A stretch of 64,000 nt of DNA from IMG/VR virus record IMGVR_UViG_3300042350_002797, positions 124,001 to 188,000 of that record; one strand, written 5' to 3'. Both the position numbers and the translations under genes were made by a program. Each line of letters begins with the position of its first letter. Position 1 is the stretch's first letter. Below the pieces are notes generated by a model. The model searched no databases, was not told the DNA's origin, and saw only the letters and a program-made list of their open reading frames with translations. Shown here in pieces: positions 63,439-64,000 of the stretch.

Positions 63439-63991
63439 TAGGAGCTCCTATAGGTGCCGCTGCCGGAGCTGCTGCCGGAGCTGATGCTGATTGTAATGCG
63501 GCTTGATCTGCTGCTTGTGCTGGTGCTGCTTCCGCTTTACTAGTTTTGCCTATACCCATACTTTCTCTCATTTTAGTCATATAACCGTTAGTTGTGTCTT
63601 CTACTAGTTTTTTAGGCATAGTAAGTTTTACAACCCAAACTGGTTTTCTGTCCAATTTACCTTTTTTAGTACCAGGTCTAAAATCATCAGGGTCCTTGAC
63701 TTTTCTGGGAGACAGTAAATGTGTTTCTTCGTACACTACTTTACATCCATAATCTAGTAGTCGTTTAGCTGCCATAGGATCGGGCATTTTGGATTTCGGC
63801 CACATAAAACTGGCAGTTACCCAGTGACGCTCGACCACAGGGCCTTCTACTAATTCTCCGTCAATCCAATTTTTATACACATACATATCCATCTCATCTA
63901 GTACACGTTCGATGTCTTTTAAGGTGCTTAGGCTTGAATTACTGTTGTAAATTGTTTGAATATTTTCAATGACGTCTAGGATATCTCTCAT
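63422..63991 (-). CDS. Conserved-looking phage hypothetical protein
   Basis: ERVLDE.D.YVY.NW..GEL..GP...RHWV...MPDP; Ala-rich tail. Confidence 0.65.
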   Translation of the reverse strand: MRDILDVIENIQTIYNSNSSLSTLKDIERVLDEMDMYVYKNWIDGELVEGPVVERHWVTASFMWPKSKMPDPMAAKRLLDYGCKVVYEETHLLSPRKVKDPDDFRPGTKKGKLDRKPVWVVKLTMPKKLVEDTTNGYMTKMRESMGIGKTSKAEAAPAQAADQAALQSASAPAAAPAAAPIGAPNAPAA

Positions 63992-64000
63992 AACAGGTTC

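Noticed and set aside
1-64000. Alternative genetic code (TAG or TGA recoding)
   Set aside because: Conserved genes (polB, clpA, thyX, queE) are intact in code 11, and all three stops end genes at coupled junctions.

Overview
64 kb of a densely coding, AT-rich genome of a large T4-like (myovirus-type) phage, standard genetic code, probably with a Gram-negative host (spanin pair, ClpA, consensus sigma70 promoters). Order: tail-fibre genes (1-5.9 kb); a virion-linked tailoring island with four glycosyltransferase-like genes, a repeat-bearing methyltransferase, four radical-SAM enzymes and two 2OG-Fe(II) oxygenases (5.9-20.4 kb); thyX, a MoxR/vWA pair and RNase H (20-27 kb); a 7-deazaguanine DNA-modification region (27.8-40.9 kb: queE, folE, DpdL-type T-fold protein, DpdA/TGT, no queC in the window), interleaved with a GT-B glycosyltransferase, three NAD(P)-dependent sugar-type oxidoreductases, a PRTase, a HIT hydrolase and a MutH/Sau3AI-like endonuclease; sliding clamp and family-B DNA polymerase (41.6-45 kb); predicted head-packaged, protease-processed modular cargo proteins including a peptidoglycan-binding + annexin fusion and a HAD-GH19 polyprotein (46-57 kb); a dnaJ-def-clpA operon; and lysis genes. 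Best candidate for a new system: a sugar-hypermodified 7-deazaguanine pathway coupled to a restriction-like nuclease. Non-coding highlights: an 81-nt candidate structured RNA with an E-loop, twin hairpins with near-identical 8-nt loops before the polymerase SD, and three hairpins that hide an SD and carry a late-promoter motif. All calls come from motifs read by eye; no database search was run.
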